A DNA stretch of 35,280 nt from a virus. Positions within the stretch are counted from its first letter, which is position 1; each line of letters begins with the position of its first letter. Below the pieces are notes generated by a model, which had not been told where the DNA came from, searched no databases, and saw only the letters and a program-made list of their open reading frames with translations. A program made the position numbers and the translations under genes. The DNA is taken from the UHGV virus genome UHGV-0087155; one strand, written 5' to 3'. Of the stretch, positions 16,796 through 28,148 are shown piece after piece.

Positions 16796-17881
16796 ATGAA
16801 AAAACACGCGATTGGCATTGCCGCACTGAGTGCGCTGTCCATTGACGATGACGGCTGGTGCCAGCTATTGCCTGCCGGTCATTTCAGTGCCCGTGATGGT
16901 CGTCCGTTTGATGTGACAGGCGGTCAGGGGTGGTTCATCGACGGTGAGATTGCCGGGCGTCTGGTTGAAGGCGTTCGCGCGCTCAACCAGGACGTGCTGA
17001 TTGATTACGAGCATAACCAGCTACGTAAGGACAAAGGATTACCCCCGGAACAACTCGTCGCGGCTGGCTGGTTTAACGCCGATGAAATGCAGTGGCGTGA
17101 AGGTGAAGGATTATTTATCCACCCACGCTGGACGGCGGCGGCACAGCAGCGCATCGATGACGGCGAATTTGGTTATCTCTCTGCGGTTTTTCCGTATGAC
17201 ACCGCCACCGGTGCGGTGCTGCAAATCCGCCTTGCTGCGCTGACCAATGACCCCGGTGCCACCGGCATGAAAAAGCTGACCGCACTGGCGGCAGACCTTC
17301 CCGACATCCTTCAACAGGAGAACAAACCCATGAATGAAACGCTGCGCAAGCTGCTTGCGCGTCTTGGGGTGACGGTCCCCGAAAATGCAGACATCACCGA
17401 TGAACAGGCCAGCGCGGCCCTGAGTGCGTTTGATGCGCTCGAAACAGATGCCGGAAAAGTGGCGTCGTTATCCGCCGAACTGGAAAAGGCACAGAACGCC
17501 GCCGTTGACCTGACGAAATACGTCCCGGTGGAAAGCTACAACGCCGTGCTTGATGAACTGGCACAGGCCAAAGCACAAAGCGCCACTGCCAGCCTGAGCG
17601 CCGTTCTGGACAAGGCGGAGCAGGAAGGCCGCATTTTCAAAAGCGAACGTACCTATCTGGAACAGCTTGGCGGTCAGATTGGCGTGGCGGCACTGTCGGC
17701 ACAGCTTGAGAAAAAACAGCCCATCGCTGCGTTATCTGCCATGCAGACCACCACAGCGAAAATTCCGTCGCAGGAAAAACCGGCGGTGGCGGTGCTGTCT
17801 GCTGATGAACAGGCAGCAGTGAAGGCGCTCGGCATTACAGAGGCTGAGTATCTGAAAATGAAACAGGAACAAGAAAAATGA
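16796..17881 (+). CDS. I: head protease / scaffold protein I (361 aa), with the scaffold (Z) nested in the C-terminal part
   Basis: Mu gpI-like; C-terminal half is Ala/Gln/Glu-rich with repeated ALSA/LSAxL units typical of a scaffold domain. Confidence 0.85.
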   Translation: MKKHAIGIAALSALSIDDDGWCQLLPAGHFSARDGRPFDVTGGQGWFIDGEIAGRLVEGVRALNQDVLIDYEHNQLRKDKGLPPEQLVAAGWFNADEMQWREGEGLFIHPRWTAAAQQRIDDGEFGYLSAVFPYDTATGAVLQIRLAALTNDPGATGMKKLTALAADLPDILQQENKPMNETLRKLLARLGVTVPENADITDEQASAALSAFDALETDAGKVASLSAELEKAQNAAVDLTKYVPVESYNAVLDELAQAKAQSATASLSAVLDKAEQEGRIFKSERTYLEQLGGQIGVAALSAQLEKKQPIAALSAMQTTTAKIPSQEKPAVAVLSADEQAAVKALGITEAEYLKMKQEQEK

Positions 17882-18795
17882 TTGTCACCCCGGCATCCAT
17901 TAAAGCCCTGATGACCTCCTGGCGTAAGGATTTTCAGGGCGGTCTTGAAGACGCCCCGTCGCAGTACAGCAAAATTGCAATGGTGGTGAACTCTTCCACC
18001 CGCAGTAATACCTATGGCTGGCTGGGTAAATTCCCGACCCTGAAAGAATGGGTGGGTAAGCGAACCATTCAGCAAATGGAAGCGCATGGCTACTCCATCG
18101 CCAATAAAACGTTTGAAGGCACAGTGGGTATTTCCCGTGATGACTTCGAGGATGACAATCTGGGTATTTATGCGCCGATTTTTCAGGAGATGGGCCGTTC
18201 TGCGGCAGTTCAGCCGGATGAGCTGATTTTTAAACTTCTGAAAGATGGCTTTACCCAGCCCTGCTATGACGGTCAGAACTTCTTCGACAAGGAGCATCCG
18301 GTATATCCGAATGTGGACGGCACGGGCGACGCAACGAATACCTCCAACATCGTTGAACAGGACAGCTTCAGTGGTCTGCCATTCTATCTGCTGGACTGCT
18401 CCCGCGCAGTCAAACCGCTGATTTTCCAGGAGCGCCGCAAACCCGAACTGGTCGCACGTACCCGTATCGATGACGACCACGTTTTTATGGATAACGAGTT
18501 CCTGTTTGGTGCCAGCGCCCGCCGTGCTGCCGGTTACGGCTTCTGGCAGATGGCTGTCGCGGTAAAAGGCGATCTGACGCTGGATAACCTCTGGAAGGGC
18601 TGGCAACTGATGCGTGCGTTTGAAGGTGATGGCGGTAAGAAGCTGGGCCTGAAGCCGACACATATCGTTGTACCGGTCGGGCTGGAAAAAGCCGCAGAGC
18701 AACTGCTTAACCGTGAACTGTTCGCGGATGGCAATACCACCGTCTCCAACGAGATGAAGGGCAAGCTGCAACTGGTTGTCGCTGACTACCTGTAA
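17878..18795 (+). CDS. T: major capsid protein T (305 aa)
   Basis: Matches the Mu major head subunit in length and sequence; ATGA overlap with the I stop. Confidence 0.9.
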   Translation: MIVTPASIKALMTSWRKDFQGGLEDAPSQYSKIAMVVNSSTRSNTYGWLGKFPTLKEWVGKRTIQQMEAHGYSIANKTFEGTVGISRDDFEDDNLGIYAPIFQEMGRSAAVQPDELIFKLLKDGFTQPCYDGQNFFDKEHPVYPNVDGTGDATNTSNIVEQDSFSGLPFYLLDCSRAVKPLIFQERRKPELVARTRIDDDHVFMDNEFLFGASARRAAGYGFWQMAVAVKGDLTLDNLWKGWQLMRAFEGDGGKKLGLKPTHIVVPVGLEKAAEQLLNRELFADGNTTVSNEMKGKLQLVVADYL

Positions 18796-18803
18796 CCGTC
18801 ATT

Positions 18804-18827
18804 AAAAGGCGGTTCAGACCGCCTTTT
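18804..18827 (+). terminator. rho-independent terminator after the capsid gene
   Basis: GGCGG (18808-18812), loop TTCAGA, CCGCC (18819-18823), then TTTT (18824-18827). Confidence 0.7.
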
Positions 18828-18861
18828 AACCTGATTTAAAGGAAAAGGAGGAGCATGTGTT

Positions 18862-19272
18862 ATGTCAGGCACTTCGCTTAATTCACAATGGCTGGACACT
18901 TCTCACATCACTTGCACGGCGATTATTAAATGCCTTCGTCCGGTCTACCGCCGCGCCGGAATCGCCTTTACACGTGGCGAAAACACCGTGGAAGTCACCG
19001 AAGAACAACTGGCGATCATTCGTGCCGACAGCGTGCTGTCTGTGGTATCTGCATCGTCAGCAGAAACGCTCGCTGAGGCTGGGGGGCTGGACGTTCTGGG
19101 TGTGGGCGATCTGAATACCCGTATCCGTGCGACCGTTGCCGGTCTGGATAAGGCAAACCCGGAGCACTTTACCGCAGGGGGAGAACCCAAAGTGAAAGCC
19201 GTCAGTGCGGCGCTGGGAGAACCGGTGAGCAGTGCGCAAATCAAAGCGGCGCTGGCTGAGGCGGATGCATGA
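18862..19272 (+). CDS. hypothetical head-associated protein (136 aa)
   Basis: ATG 18862 eight nt after AAGGAGGAG (18845-18853). Confidence 0.6.
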   Translation: MSGTSLNSQWLDTSHITCTAIIKCLRPVYRRAGIAFTRGENTVEVTEEQLAIIRADSVLSVVSASSAETLAEAGGLDVLGVGDLNTRIRATVAGLDKANPEHFTAGGEPKVKAVSAALGEPVSSAQIKAALAEADA

Positions 19273-19694
19273 ATTACGCGACGGTAAATGACCTGTGCGC
19301 CCGCTATACACGTACGCGGCTGGATATTCTCACCCGCCCTAAAACAGCGGACGGTCAGCCGGATGATGCCGTGGCAGAACAGGCACTGGCAGATGCTTCG
19401 GCCTTTATTGATGGCTATCTCGCCGCGCGCTTTGTTCTGCCGCTTACCGTCGTCCCCTCACTGCTGAAACGGCAGTGTTGCGTGGTGGCCTGGTTTTATC
19501 TGAATGAATCACAACCCACAGAGCAGATCACCGCAACTTACAGGGACACGGTGCGCTGGCTGGAACAGGTGCGCGATGGCAAAACAGATCCCGGTGTGGA
19601 AAGCAGGACGGCAGCCTCGCCGGATGGCGAAAACCTTGTGCAGGTGCAGTCTGACACGCCGGTCTTCTCACGAAAACAGAAGGGGTTTATCTGA
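19269..19694 (+). CDS. head-tail joining / DUF1320-like protein (141 aa)
   Basis: Position and size match the Mu protein between the capsid and tail genes; start overlaps the upstream stop. Confidence 0.7.
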   Translation: MNYATVNDLCARYTRTRLDILTRPKTADGQPDDAVAEQALADASAFIDGYLAARFVLPLTVVPSLLKRQCCVVAWFYLNESQPTEQITATYRDTVRWLEQVRDGKTDPGVESRTAASPDGENLVQVQSDTPVFSRKQKGFI

Positions 19695-20242
19695 TGCTGG
19701 AAGAAACCGAAGCCGCACTGCTGGCGCGCGTTCGTGAGTTGTTTGGGGCAACCTTGCGGCAGGTGGAACCCCTTACCGGCACATGGACTAACGAGGATGT
19801 ACACCGTCTCTTTCTGGCCCCTCCATCGGTATTTCTGGCATGGATGGGCTGTGGTGAGGGGCGTACGCGTCGGGAAGTTGAAAGTCGCTGGGCATTTTTT
19901 GTCGTGGCGGAGTTGCTGAACGGGGAACCGGTAAACCGGCCCGGTATTTATCAGATTGTGGAGCGACTGATTGCCGGTGTTAACGGTCAGACGTTTGGCC
20001 CGACCACCGGGATGAGACTGACGCAGGTCAGAAATCTTTGTGACGACAACCGTATCAATGCCGGTGTGGTGCTTTACGGCGTTCTGTTCAGTGGCACTAC
20101 CCCGCTGCCGTCCGTGGTGGACATGGATTCGCTGGATGATTACGAGCGTCACTGGCAGACCTGGAAATTCCCGGACGAAACCCCGGAATTTGCCGCACAT
20201 ATCAATGTGAATCAGGAAAAGGATCATGATGCTGAAAATTAA
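19694..20242 (+). CDS. tail-completion-like protein (182 aa)
   Basis: Synteny with the Mu head-tail connector region; ATG overlaps the upstream stop (TGATG). Confidence 0.7.
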   Translation: MLEETEAALLARVRELFGATLRQVEPLTGTWTNEDVHRLFLAPPSVFLAWMGCGEGRTRREVESRWAFFVVAELLNGEPVNRPGIYQIVERLIAGVNGQTFGPTTGMRLTQVRNLCDDNRINAGVVLYGVLFSGTTPLPSVVDMDSLDDYERHWQTWKFPDETPEFAAHINVNQEKDHDAEN

Positions 20243-20432
20243 ACCCGCAGCGGGAAAAGCCATCCGTGACCCGCTCACGATGAAATTACTGGCTCCGGAG
20301 GGAGAAGAAAAGCCCCGTAACAGTTTCTGGATACGTCGCCTTGCAGCCGGTGATGTGGTTGAAGTCGGGAGCACCGAAAACACGGCGGATGATACCGACA
20401 CTGCGCCGAAAAAACGGAGTAAATCGAAATGA
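20226..20432 (+). CDS. small virion protein (68 aa)
   Basis: AGGAAAAGGA RBS; immediately precedes the sheath gene. Confidence 0.6.
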   Translation: MMLKIKPAAGKAIRDPLTMKLLAPEGEEKPRNSFWIRRLAAGDVVEVGSTENTADDTDTAPKKRSKSK

Positions 20433-21916
20433 GCGATATTTCATTTAACGCGATCCCGTCAGATGTTCGCGTTCCTCTGACGTATATCGAATTTGATAAC
20501 AGTAATGCCGTCAGCGGAACACCGGCACCCCGTCAGCGCGTGCTGATGTTCGGGCAAAGCGGAAGTAAAGCCAGTGCGGCACCAAATGTGCCTGTCCGTA
20601 TCCGTTCCGGCTCACAGGCCAGTGCGGCGTTTGGTCAGGGTTCCATGCTGGCACTGATGGCAGATGCATTCCTGAACGCTAACCGCGTGGCGGAGCTGTG
20701 GTGTATTCCGCAGGGGAACGGCACCGGTAATGCTGCTGTCGGTGAAATTTCACTGTCAGGAACGGCAGGCGAAAACGGCTCGCTTGTGACTTACATTGCC
20801 GGTCAGCGACTGGCGGTATCTGTCGCAGCAGGTGCAACGGGAGCGGCGCTGGCTGACCTGCTGGTTGCCCGAATCAAAGGCCAGCCTGATTTACCGGTGA
20901 CGGCAGAAGTTCGCGCAGACAGCGGGGATGATGACACCCATGCAGATGTGGTTCTGAGTGCAAAATTTACGGGTGCATTATCTGCCGTGGACGTGCGCTG
21001 GAACTATTACGCGGGTGAAATCACCCCTTACGGGATTATCACGGCATTCAAAGCCGCCTCCGGGAAAAATGGCAACCCGGATATCAGCGCAAGTATCGCG
21101 GGAATGGGCGATCTGCAATACAAATATATTGTGATGCCCTATACCGATGAACCGAACCTGAATCTGTTACGCACTGAATTGCAGGAACGCTGGGGACCGG
21201 TCAATCAGGCTGATGGCTTTGCCGTGACAGTGCTGTCCGGCACGTATGGGGATATTTCCACGTTTGGTGTCAGCCGTAATGACCATCTGATTTCCTGTAT
21301 GGGGATTGCCGGTGCACCGGAACCGTCATATCTGTACGCCGCCACACTGTGTGCCGTTGCCAGCCAGGCGCTTTCCATCGACCCGGCGCGTCCACTCCAG
21401 ACGCTGACGTTGCCCGGAAGAATGCCGCCTGCGGTGGGGGATCGTTTCACCTGGTCAGAACGTAATGCGCTGCTGTTTGACGGCATCTCCACGTTTAACG
21501 TGAATGATGGTGGTGAAATGCAGATTGAACGCATGATCACGATGTACCGCACAAACAAGTACGGTGACAGCGATCCGTCTTATCTGAACGTGAATACCAT
21601 CGCCACGCTGAGTTATCTGCGTTATTCGCTGAGAACCCGCATCACGCAGAAATTCCCGAACTACAAGCTGGCAAGTGATGGCACCCGCTTTGCCACCGGT
21701 CAGGCCGTGGTGACGCCATCCGTGATCAAAACGGAGCTGCTGGCATTGTTTGAAGAATGGGAAAACGCCGGACTGGTCGAGGATTTCGACACGTTCAAAG
21801 AGGAGCTGTATGTGGCACGTAACAAGGACGACAAAGACCGTCTTGATGTGCTGTGCGGCCCGAATCTGATTAACCAGTTCCGCATTTTCGCGGCACAAGT
21901 TCAGTTCATTCTGTAA
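20429..21916 (+). CDS. L: contractile tail sheath protein L (495 aa)
   Basis: Size and sequence match the Mu sheath protein; followed by the tube gene, the standard myovirus order. Confidence 0.9.
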   Translation: MSDISFNAIPSDVRVPLTYIEFDNSNAVSGTPAPRQRVLMFGQSGSKASAAPNVPVRIRSGSQASAAFGQGSMLALMADAFLNANRVAELWCIPQGNGTGNAAVGEISLSGTAGENGSLVTYIAGQRLAVSVAAGATGAALADLLVARIKGQPDLPVTAEVRADSGDDDTHADVVLSAKFTGALSAVDVRWNYYAGEITPYGIITAFKAASGKNGNPDISASIAGMGDLQYKYIVMPYTDEPNLNLLRTELQERWGPVNQADGFAVTVLSGTYGDISTFGVSRNDHLISCMGIAGAPEPSYLYAATLCAVASQALSIDPARPLQTLTLPGRMPPAVGDRFTWSERNALLFDGISTFNVNDGGEMQIERMITMYRTNKYGDSDPSYLNVNTIATLSYLRYSLRTRITQKFPNYKLASDGTRFATGQAVVTPSVIKTELLALFEEWENAGLVEDFDTFKEELYVARNKDDKDRLDVLCGPNLINQFRIFAAQVQFIL

Positions 21917-21925
21917 GGAGCATTT

Positions 21926-22282
21926 ATGGCTGGAAATCAGCGTCAGGGGGTGGCGTTCATCCGTGTCAATGGCATGGAGCTTGAAACGATGGAAGGTGCC
22001 TCCTTCACACCTTCCGGCATCACCCGTGAAGAAGTGACCGGCTCGCGGGTTTATGGCTGGAAAGGTAAACCACGTGCCGCAAAGCTGGAATGCAAAATTC
22101 CGGGCGGTGGTGATATCGGTCTGGATGAAATCATCGGCTGGGAAAATATCACGGCAGAGTTTCAGGCAGACACCGGTGAAACCTGGATGATGGCGAATGC
22201 CTGGCAGGCAGATGAACCGAAAAACGACGGCGGCGAAATTTCGCTGGTACTGATGGCAAAACAAAGCAAACGCATTGCATAA
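21926..22282 (+). CDS. M: tail tube protein M (118 aa)
   Basis: AAGGAG RBS at 21915-21920; size and position after the sheath. Confidence 0.85.
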   Translation: MAGNQRQGVAFIRVNGMELETMEGASFTPSGITREEVTGSRVYGWKGKPRAAKLECKIPGGGDIGLDEIIGWENITAEFQADTGETWMMANAWQADEPKNDGGEISLVLMAKQSKRIA

Positions 22283-22291
22283 GGGGAAACA

Positions 22292-22726
22292 ATGGACGAA
22301 ATGAATTTAGGTCCTGAAGCACAGGAACTGCATGACAGCATTGTGGCAGAAATTCAGTCCGGCGTGCTGAAACTGAAAGACGGCCTGCCGTTCGGCACCG
22401 GTGACGAGACTGAAATGCAGTATGACGTGACACTGCGTGAACTGACCGCAGGCGATATGATTGATGCACAGGCGGCTGCTGAAAAGCTGGTAATGAGCAA
22501 GGAAGGTCCGGTGCTGGTCAGTTCCCCGTCCCGGATGGGACTGGAAATGCTGCGCCGACAGATTGCCAGCGTGGGCTGCATCAAAGGCCCGTTGTCGATG
22601 GCGCTGATTCGTAAGCTGTCTGTCGATGACTTCCAGCGTCTGTCGCTGGCCACAGAAATGTACGACATGGCTGTGGCGGCATCGCTGACACAAGAACGGG
22701 GGCGAGTGGCTGCGGTGCCGGAATGA
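22292..22726 (+). CDS. tail assembly chaperone-like protein (144 aa)
   Basis: Acidic protein between the tube and tape-measure genes. Confidence 0.7.
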   Translation: MDEMNLGPEAQELHDSIVAEIQSGVLKLKDGLPFGTGDETEMQYDVTLRELTAGDMIDAQAAAEKLVMSKEGPVLVSSPSRMGLEMLRRQIASVGCIKGPLSMALIRKLSVDDFQRLSLATEMYDMAVAASLTQERGRVAAVPE

Positions 22727-22783
22727 TATTGAGAAAGCGGCGACAGCGATTGGCGTTATTCTGAAAAGTGGCCCGGAATGGGC

Positions 22784-22846
22784 CTTATCCCTCCCGCTGT
22801 CCCGCTTTTTCCGGCACTGCCAGCAGGCTAAAACCCTCTCTCAATA
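22784..22846 (+). promoter_or_regulatory. candidate C-dependent late promoter upstream of the tape-measure gene (P_P-like)
   Basis: CTTATCCCTCCCGCTGTCCCGC at 22784-22806 in a 144-bp intergenic spacer; resembles the C-rich elements upstream of lys and I. Confidence 0.35.
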
Positions 22847-22870
22847 TCACCGTTAAATCAGGAAATCTCT

Positions 22871-24943
22871 ATGACCGGGAAACGCTTAAAGGCGTCTGTC
22901 ATTATTGATCTTAATGGCAATCTTTCCCGGCGTTCCCGCCAGTATTCGAACCAGATAAACGCCCTGTCCCGTAGCGGTCAAAGTTCCCTTCGAGCCCTGC
23001 GTATGGAGGTTGTGCGCGTTTCTGGTGCCATTGACAGAATGGGTTCACTGTCAACCCGTACATTCCGAATGCTGTCAGCCGGGGCGCTGGGTATCGCTGG
23101 CGTGGGTTACACCGCCAATAAACTGTTTATTGGTGCAGCCGCCCAGCGTGAGCAGCAGATCATCGCCATGAACTCGCTGTATCACGGCGATAAGGTCAGA
23201 GCGCAGGCCATGATGGCCTGGGCGAAGCAGAACGCGAAGGACACCACGTGGGGGCTGAGTGGTGTTCTTGATGAGATCCGTTCGTCGAAAGGCTTCGGCA
23301 TGACGGATGAACAGACGAAACAGTTCATCACCATGTTGCAGGATCAGGGGGCCATGCACGGCTGGGATTTACCCACTGCACAGGGTGCCTCACTGCAACT
23401 GAAACAGATGTTTGCCCGCCAGCAAATCACAGCGGCGGATGCCAACCTGCTGACCGGTTACGGTATCAACGTTTATCAGGCGCTGGCTGATGCAACGGGA
23501 ACGGACGTTAAAAAAATCCGTGATCTGGGTACAAAGGGCAAGCTGGGCATGAAATCCATTCTGACGGTATTCAGAACGCTGTCAGAACAGTCAAAAGGTG
23601 CACAGGCCAGTGCGATGAACTCCTGGGACGGGATGTTCGCCCAGATGGAAGCCAACCTGCTTGAATTTCGCATAAAGGTGGCAAACAGCGGCCCCTTTGA
23701 AGAAATCAAGAACGAGATGCGCCGGGTGCTTAACTGGCACGACATGGCGGATAAATCCGGGGAACTTGATGCACTGGCAGAAAACATTGGTCAGAAATTT
23801 CTGACCACATTCAGAACGGTAAAAATCGCGGCGCAGGAATTATGGCGCTGGCTGAAACCGGGTAAAGATGCGCTGGCATGGGTTGACCAGAATATTGTCA
23901 GCCTGAAAAAACTGGCTGCTGTTCTGGTGTCTGTCTGGCTTGCCAATAAAGCCCTGAGAGCAGGCTGGGCCGTGGCAAAACCCTCATGGCAGGTTGCCAG
24001 TTATCCGTTTAAAACCGGGCGTCGTATGTGGCGCTGGATGCGAAACCGCAAACGTGGGCAGGCAGGTCTGCCGGTCCCGGATGCCATGACGTCTGAGACG
24101 CTGTTGCAGGGTATCGGCATTCAGCGTGTGTTTGTCATCAACTGGCCCCGTGGATTGGGTGGCTACGGGAGTGGCGGCGGTCGTCGCGGACGGAGCGGCG
24201 GAAGAATGGCCCCGCTGTTACCCCGCCAGCCGTTATTGCTGTCCGGGCCACAGCCGCTGGCATTACCTGCACCACGCCCTGTACTGGCATTACCCCCACC
24301 CGGCGTACCGGTAACGGCACGGCCTGCACCATTACCTTTACCCGGTAAATCCGGTCTTCTGAGCAGGCTTGCAGGCAGTGCTGCCGGGCAACTGGTTACA
24401 GGAACGGTCGGAAAGCTGGCTGATGCCGGGCGTGCTGTTGGCGGGTGGTTTTCCGGTATCGGAAACAAACTTGCAGGCAGTGCGATCGGTCGGGTTGTGA
24501 CAAAAGGTGCCGGGGCGCTGGGCTGGATGGGGAAAGGTGCCGGTCGTGCGTTGTCACGTCTGGGTGGCCCGGTAATGGGGGCGCTCCAGCTTGCCCCCGT
24601 CCTGATGGATGAGCAGGCGTCAACCCATGAAAAAGCAGGCGCAATTGGCAGTACAGCCGGTGCATGGCTCGGCGGTGCCGTTGGCAGCCTTGCCGGACCG
24701 CTGGGTACGGTTGCCGGTGCCACGCTGGGCAGTGTCGCCGGGGAGTATCTGGGCGGCTTTGTAACCGACCTGTATCAGAAATGGACGGCCACGGATAAGG
24801 AACCGCAGGAACAAAAAGTGAATGCGGAAGCCTCGCTGCGCGTCGAACTCGGCGAGGGGTTACGTCTGACCAGTTCCCGCGTCACCGAGGATGGTATGGG
24901 GCTGAATATTTACGCGGGCGATAACTACATTACGGGCTGGTAA
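22871..24943 (+). CDS. tail tape measure protein (690 aa)
   Basis: Largest tail ORF after the chaperone; helical N-terminal part and Gly/Ala/Pro-rich repetitive C-terminal part. Confidence 0.85.
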   Translation: MTGKRLKASVIIDLNGNLSRRSRQYSNQINALSRSGQSSLRALRMEVVRVSGAIDRMGSLSTRTFRMLSAGALGIAGVGYTANKLFIGAAAQREQQIIAMNSLYHGDKVRAQAMMAWAKQNAKDTTWGLSGVLDEIRSSKGFGMTDEQTKQFITMLQDQGAMHGWDLPTAQGASLQLKQMFARQQITAADANLLTGYGINVYQALADATGTDVKKIRDLGTKGKLGMKSILTVFRTLSEQSKGAQASAMNSWDGMFAQMEANLLEFRIKVANSGPFEEIKNEMRRVLNWHDMADKSGELDALAENIGQKFLTTFRTVKIAAQELWRWLKPGKDALAWVDQNIVSLKKLAAVLVSVWLANKALRAGWAVAKPSWQVASYPFKTGRRMWRWMRNRKRGQAGLPVPDAMTSETLLQGIGIQRVFVINWPRGLGGYGSGGGRRGRSGGRMAPLLPRQPLLLSGPQPLALPAPRPVLALPPPGVPVTARPAPLPLPGKSGLLSRLAGSAAGQLVTGTVGKLADAGRAVGGWFSGIGNKLAGSAIGRVVTKGAGALGWMGKGAGRALSRLGGPVMGALQLAPVLMDEQASTHEKAGAIGSTAGAWLGGAVGSLAGPLGTVAGATLGSVAGEYLGGFVTDLYQKWTATDKEPQEQKVNAEASLRVELGEGLRLTSSRVTEDGMGLNIYAGDNYITGW

Positions 24944-24947
24944 AACC

Positions 24948-26435
24948 ATGTTTGAAGATGCTTTAAATGCCGTTAATGCTGTCCGGGATAAAACTGGTGG
25001 AGGCAGGAAAACAACCGGCAAAGGCACGTTCCGTAACGTGCCGTTTCTCGTCATCGAGGAGCAAAAACAGGCTGGCGGACGTCGCCTGGTTAAACGCGAG
25101 TACCCGTTACGTGATACCGGCGGCGTCAATGACCTGGGGAAAAAGCTTCGCTCCCGTACATTCAGCGCCTGCATTCTGAACAGCAACGCAGAAACAGCCA
25201 GAGATGAAGCGGGTGCGCTGATGGATGCTCTTGATGCTCCGGGTAGCGGTGAGCTGGTACATCCTGATTTCGGCACTGTGGACGTCATGGTGGATTCATG
25301 GGAATGCCGCACTAAAGCGGATGAACTGAATTATTACGCATTCACCGTTACCGTTTATCCGTCGTTGCAGGATACTGCCCCGGACTCAGAGACAGACACC
25401 AGTGCAGCCGTACCGGCACAGGCCGTTGCTGTAACCGGTTCTCTGGGAGATACGCTGTCCTCTGTCTGGCAGACCGTAAAAGATGGCACTGCGGCGGCAA
25501 CCGCCGTGATGGAAGCTGTAACCGGTGTCATCGATGATATCAGTGATGCGGTGGACAATCTGGGGGTTACGCAGACTGTCAGCGGTCTGATGGGATCGCT
25601 TTCTGCGATGAAAGGCTCTGTGACCAGCCTGATTAACCAGCCTGCCATGCTGGCCTCCTCGCTGATGGGGGCGCTGTCCGGCGTTTCATCGTTATGCGAT
25701 ACCCGGACAGCATTTTCCACCTGGAACCGTCTGGCGCAGCGATTCGAACGTCGCCATGCCGCCACCACAGGCAGACAGGGGACAATCACAACCTCGTACA
25801 ACAGTCCGGTTGCAGAAAAAAATATTGCCACACTGAACTACGTCATGCTGGCAGCGGCGCAGACATACCGGGCGGAGGCAGCAAGCCAGGCACTGACTGC
25901 GGCACTGGATTTCAGTCGCCGGATGGATAATGCCGCCCGTGCACCTGTACTGGATGCCCCGTCCACCACAACCGGCACAGCCAGCGTGGCCAGCAGCACA
26001 TCTGCTACCGTCACACAGGGACAGTTACAGTTAACTGCCATAACCCCGGACGGCGGCTTTTCACAGGTATCCTTTTCAGACAGTGGTACAGCCACGCCCC
26101 CGGTATTTGAAAGTGTGTCCGATATCGGAAAAACAGCCGCCATGCTGGGGGCTGCACTGGATACCGTCATTCTGACGGCATCTGAGCAGGGCTTTTCGAC
26201 AGACAGCGTTCAGCTTACGCAACTGCGTCTGCTGGTTGTTGCCGACCTGGAAAAACGCGGGCTGCAACTGGCGGGCAGTGAAACGCACCGCCTGCCGGAG
26301 ACGATGCCTGCAATGGTGGCCCTGTACCGTTACACAGGAAACAGCCGGAACTGGCAACGGCTGGCCCGCAGGAACGGTATCAGCAACCCGTTGTTTGTTC
26401 CCGGTGGTGTCAGTATTGAGGTGATTAATGAGTAA
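24948..26435 (+). CDS. N: DNA circularization protein N (495 aa)
   Basis: Size and position match Mu N, the injected protein that non-covalently circularises incoming Mu DNA. Confidence 0.8.
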   Translation: MFEDALNAVNAVRDKTGGGRKTTGKGTFRNVPFLVIEEQKQAGGRRLVKREYPLRDTGGVNDLGKKLRSRTFSACILNSNAETARDEAGALMDALDAPGSGELVHPDFGTVDVMVDSWECRTKADELNYYAFTVTVYPSLQDTAPDSETDTSAAVPAQAVAVTGSLGDTLSSVWQTVKDGTAAATAVMEAVTGVIDDISDAVDNLGVTQTVSGLMGSLSAMKGSVTSLINQPAMLASSLMGALSGVSSLCDTRTAFSTWNRLAQRFERRHAATTGRQGTITTSYNSPVAEKNIATLNYVMLAAAQTYRAEAASQALTAALDFSRRMDNAARAPVLDAPSTTTGTASVASSTSATVTQGQLQLTAITPDGGFSQVSFSDSGTATPPVFESVSDIGKTAAMLGAALDTVILTASEQGFSTDSVQLTQLRLLVVADLEKRGLQLAGSETHRLPETMPAMVALYRYTGNSRNWQRLARRNGISNPLFVPGGVSIEVINE

Positions 26436-27567
26436 TACCGTCACGCTGCGAACGGATGGCAGGCTTTTTACCGGCTGGACGTCAGTCTCTGTCACCCGCT
26501 CCATTGAATCCGTAGCCGGATATTTTGAGCTGGGGGTGAACGTGCCACCGGGCACGGATTTATCCGGGCTGGCACCGGGGAAGGCGTTCACGCTCGAAAT
26601 CGGGGGGCAGATTGTCTGCACCGGTTATATCGATTCACGGCGACGCCAGATGACCGCTGACAGTATGAAAATCACTGTCGCCGGACGTGACAAAACGGCT
26701 GACCTGATTGACTGTGCTGCCGTTTACAGTGGCGGACAGTGGAAAAACCGCACACTGGAGCAGATTGCGCGTGACCTGTGCACCCCTTATGGCGTTACCG
26801 TTCGCTGGGAGCTTTCCGATAAGGAAAGTTCGGCAGCTTTTCCCGGCTTCACGCTGGACCATTCAGAAACCGTTTATGAGGCGCTGGTGCGTGCCTCCCG
26901 CGCACGCGGTGTACTGATGACCAGCAATGCCGCCGGAGAGCTGGTATTCAGCCGGGCTGCCAGCACAGCCACTGATGAGCTGGTTCTCGGAGAAAATCTG
27001 CTGACACTGGATTTTGAGGAAGACTTCCGCGACCGGTTCAGCGAATACACCGTCAAGGGGTATGCCCGCGCAAACGGTGCTGAGGGTGATGATATTGATG
27101 CGAAAAGTATCGTCTCCCGGAAAGGGACCGCCACTGACAGTGATGTGACCCGTTACAGACCGATGATCATCATTGCCGACAGCAAAATTACGGCGAAGGA
27201 TGCACAGGCCCGCGCCCTGCGTGAGCAACGCCGCAGACTGGCAAAATCCATCACCTTTGAGGCTGAAATTGACGGATGGACTCGCAAGGACGGGCAACTC
27301 TGGATGCCGAACCTGCTGGTCACTATTGATGCCTCGAAATATGCCATCAAAACCACGGAATTACTGGCCAGCAAAGTCACCCTGATACTGAATGACCAGG
27401 ACGGGCTGAAAACCCGCGTCAGCCTTGCACCACGTGAAGGCTTTCTGGTGCCGGTTGAAAGCGACCGTAAAAACAGGAAAGGCGGCGACAGTAACGGCGG
27501 TATTGATGCGCTGGTTGAAGATTATTATCGCAGACACCCGGAGAAAACGCCGCCGTGGAAAGAGTAA
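26428..27567 (+). CDS. P: baseplate hub protein P (379 aa)
   Basis: Size and position match Mu P; GAGGTG RBS at 26418-26423. Confidence 0.85.
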   Translation: MSNTVTLRTDGRLFTGWTSVSVTRSIESVAGYFELGVNVPPGTDLSGLAPGKAFTLEIGGQIVCTGYIDSRRRQMTADSMKITVAGRDKTADLIDCAAVYSGGQWKNRTLEQIARDLCTPYGVTVRWELSDKESSAAFPGFTLDHSETVYEALVRASRARGVLMTSNAAGELVFSRAASTATDELVLGENLLTLDFEEDFRDRFSEYTVKGYARANGAEGDDIDAKSIVSRKGTATDSDVTRYRPMIIIADSKITAKDAQARALREQRRRLAKSITFEAEIDGWTRKDGQLWMPNLLVTIDASKYAIKTTELLASKVTLILNDQDGLKTRVSLAPREGFLVPVESDRKNRKGGDSNGGIDALVEDYYRRHPEKTPPWKE

Positions 27568-28148
27568 ATGATTCCGCCCTGAACCGCCTGCTGACGCCGC
27601 TGATGCGTCGTGTGCGCCTGATGCTTGCGCGCGCTGTTGTTAACGTGATTAACGACGGGCGAAAGGTTCAGAACCTGCAGGTCGGTCTGCTGGATGATGA
27701 GGAATCCGATGAAGTGGAGCGCCTGCAAAATTACGGACATTTCAGCGTTCCCCTGCCGGGCGCAGAGGCGCTGATTGCCTGTGTGGGTGCACAACGTGAT
27801 CAGGGGATCGCCGTTGTGGTGGAAGACCGCCGCTACCGCCCGACAAATCTTGAACCGGGTGATGCAGGCATTTACCACCACGAGGGGCATCGTATCAGGC
27901 TGACAAAGGACGGACGCTGCATCATTACCTGTAAAACGGTTGAGGTTTACGCTGATGAAGGCGCGACCGTTGACACCCCGAAAGCCACGTTTACCGGAGA
28001 TGTTGAAATTCTGAACGGCCTCAGCGTTAAAGGTGAAAGTGACTTTGCAGGCAATATCAGCGCCCCGGATGCCATCATCAATGGCAAATCGACGGATAAG
28101 CATATCCACCGTGGCGACAGCGGCGGAACCACAGGGCCGATGCAATGA
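27555..28148 (+). CDS. baseplate spike / puncturing device protein (197 aa)
   Basis: GTG start overlapping the P 3' end; Mu gp45-like by size and order. Confidence 0.8.
   Translation: MERVNDSALNRLLTPLMRRVRLMLARAVVNVINDGRKVQNLQVGLLDDEESDEVERLQNYGHFSVPLPGAEALIACVGAQRDQGIAVVVEDRRYRPTNLEPGDAGIYHHEGHRIRLTKDGRCIITCKTVEVYADEGATVDTPKATFTGDVEILNGLSVKGESDFAGNISAPDAIINGKSTDKHIHRGDSGGTTGPMQ

Noticed and set aside
17674-18771. Minus-strand ORF of 365 aa opposite the capsid gene
   Set aside because: Entirely antisense to the major capsid gene, which matches Mu T; a long open frame here reflects codon bias of the sense strand.
19538-20401. Minus-strand ORF of 287 aa opposite the head-tail joining genes
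   Set aside because: Antisense to three coupled plus-strand genes; no RBS and no recognisable protein features.
22681-22764. Possible programmed -1 frameshift at the end of the tail assembly chaperone gene
   Set aside because: The -1 frame stays open for only ~14 codons past the stop and does not reach the tape-measure gene; no clear heptanucleotide slippery site.
24163-24723. Minus-strand Pro/Ala-rich ORF of 186 aa
   Set aside because: It is the reverse complement of the Gly/Ala-rich C-terminal region of the tape measure gene, so it is a compositional artefact.
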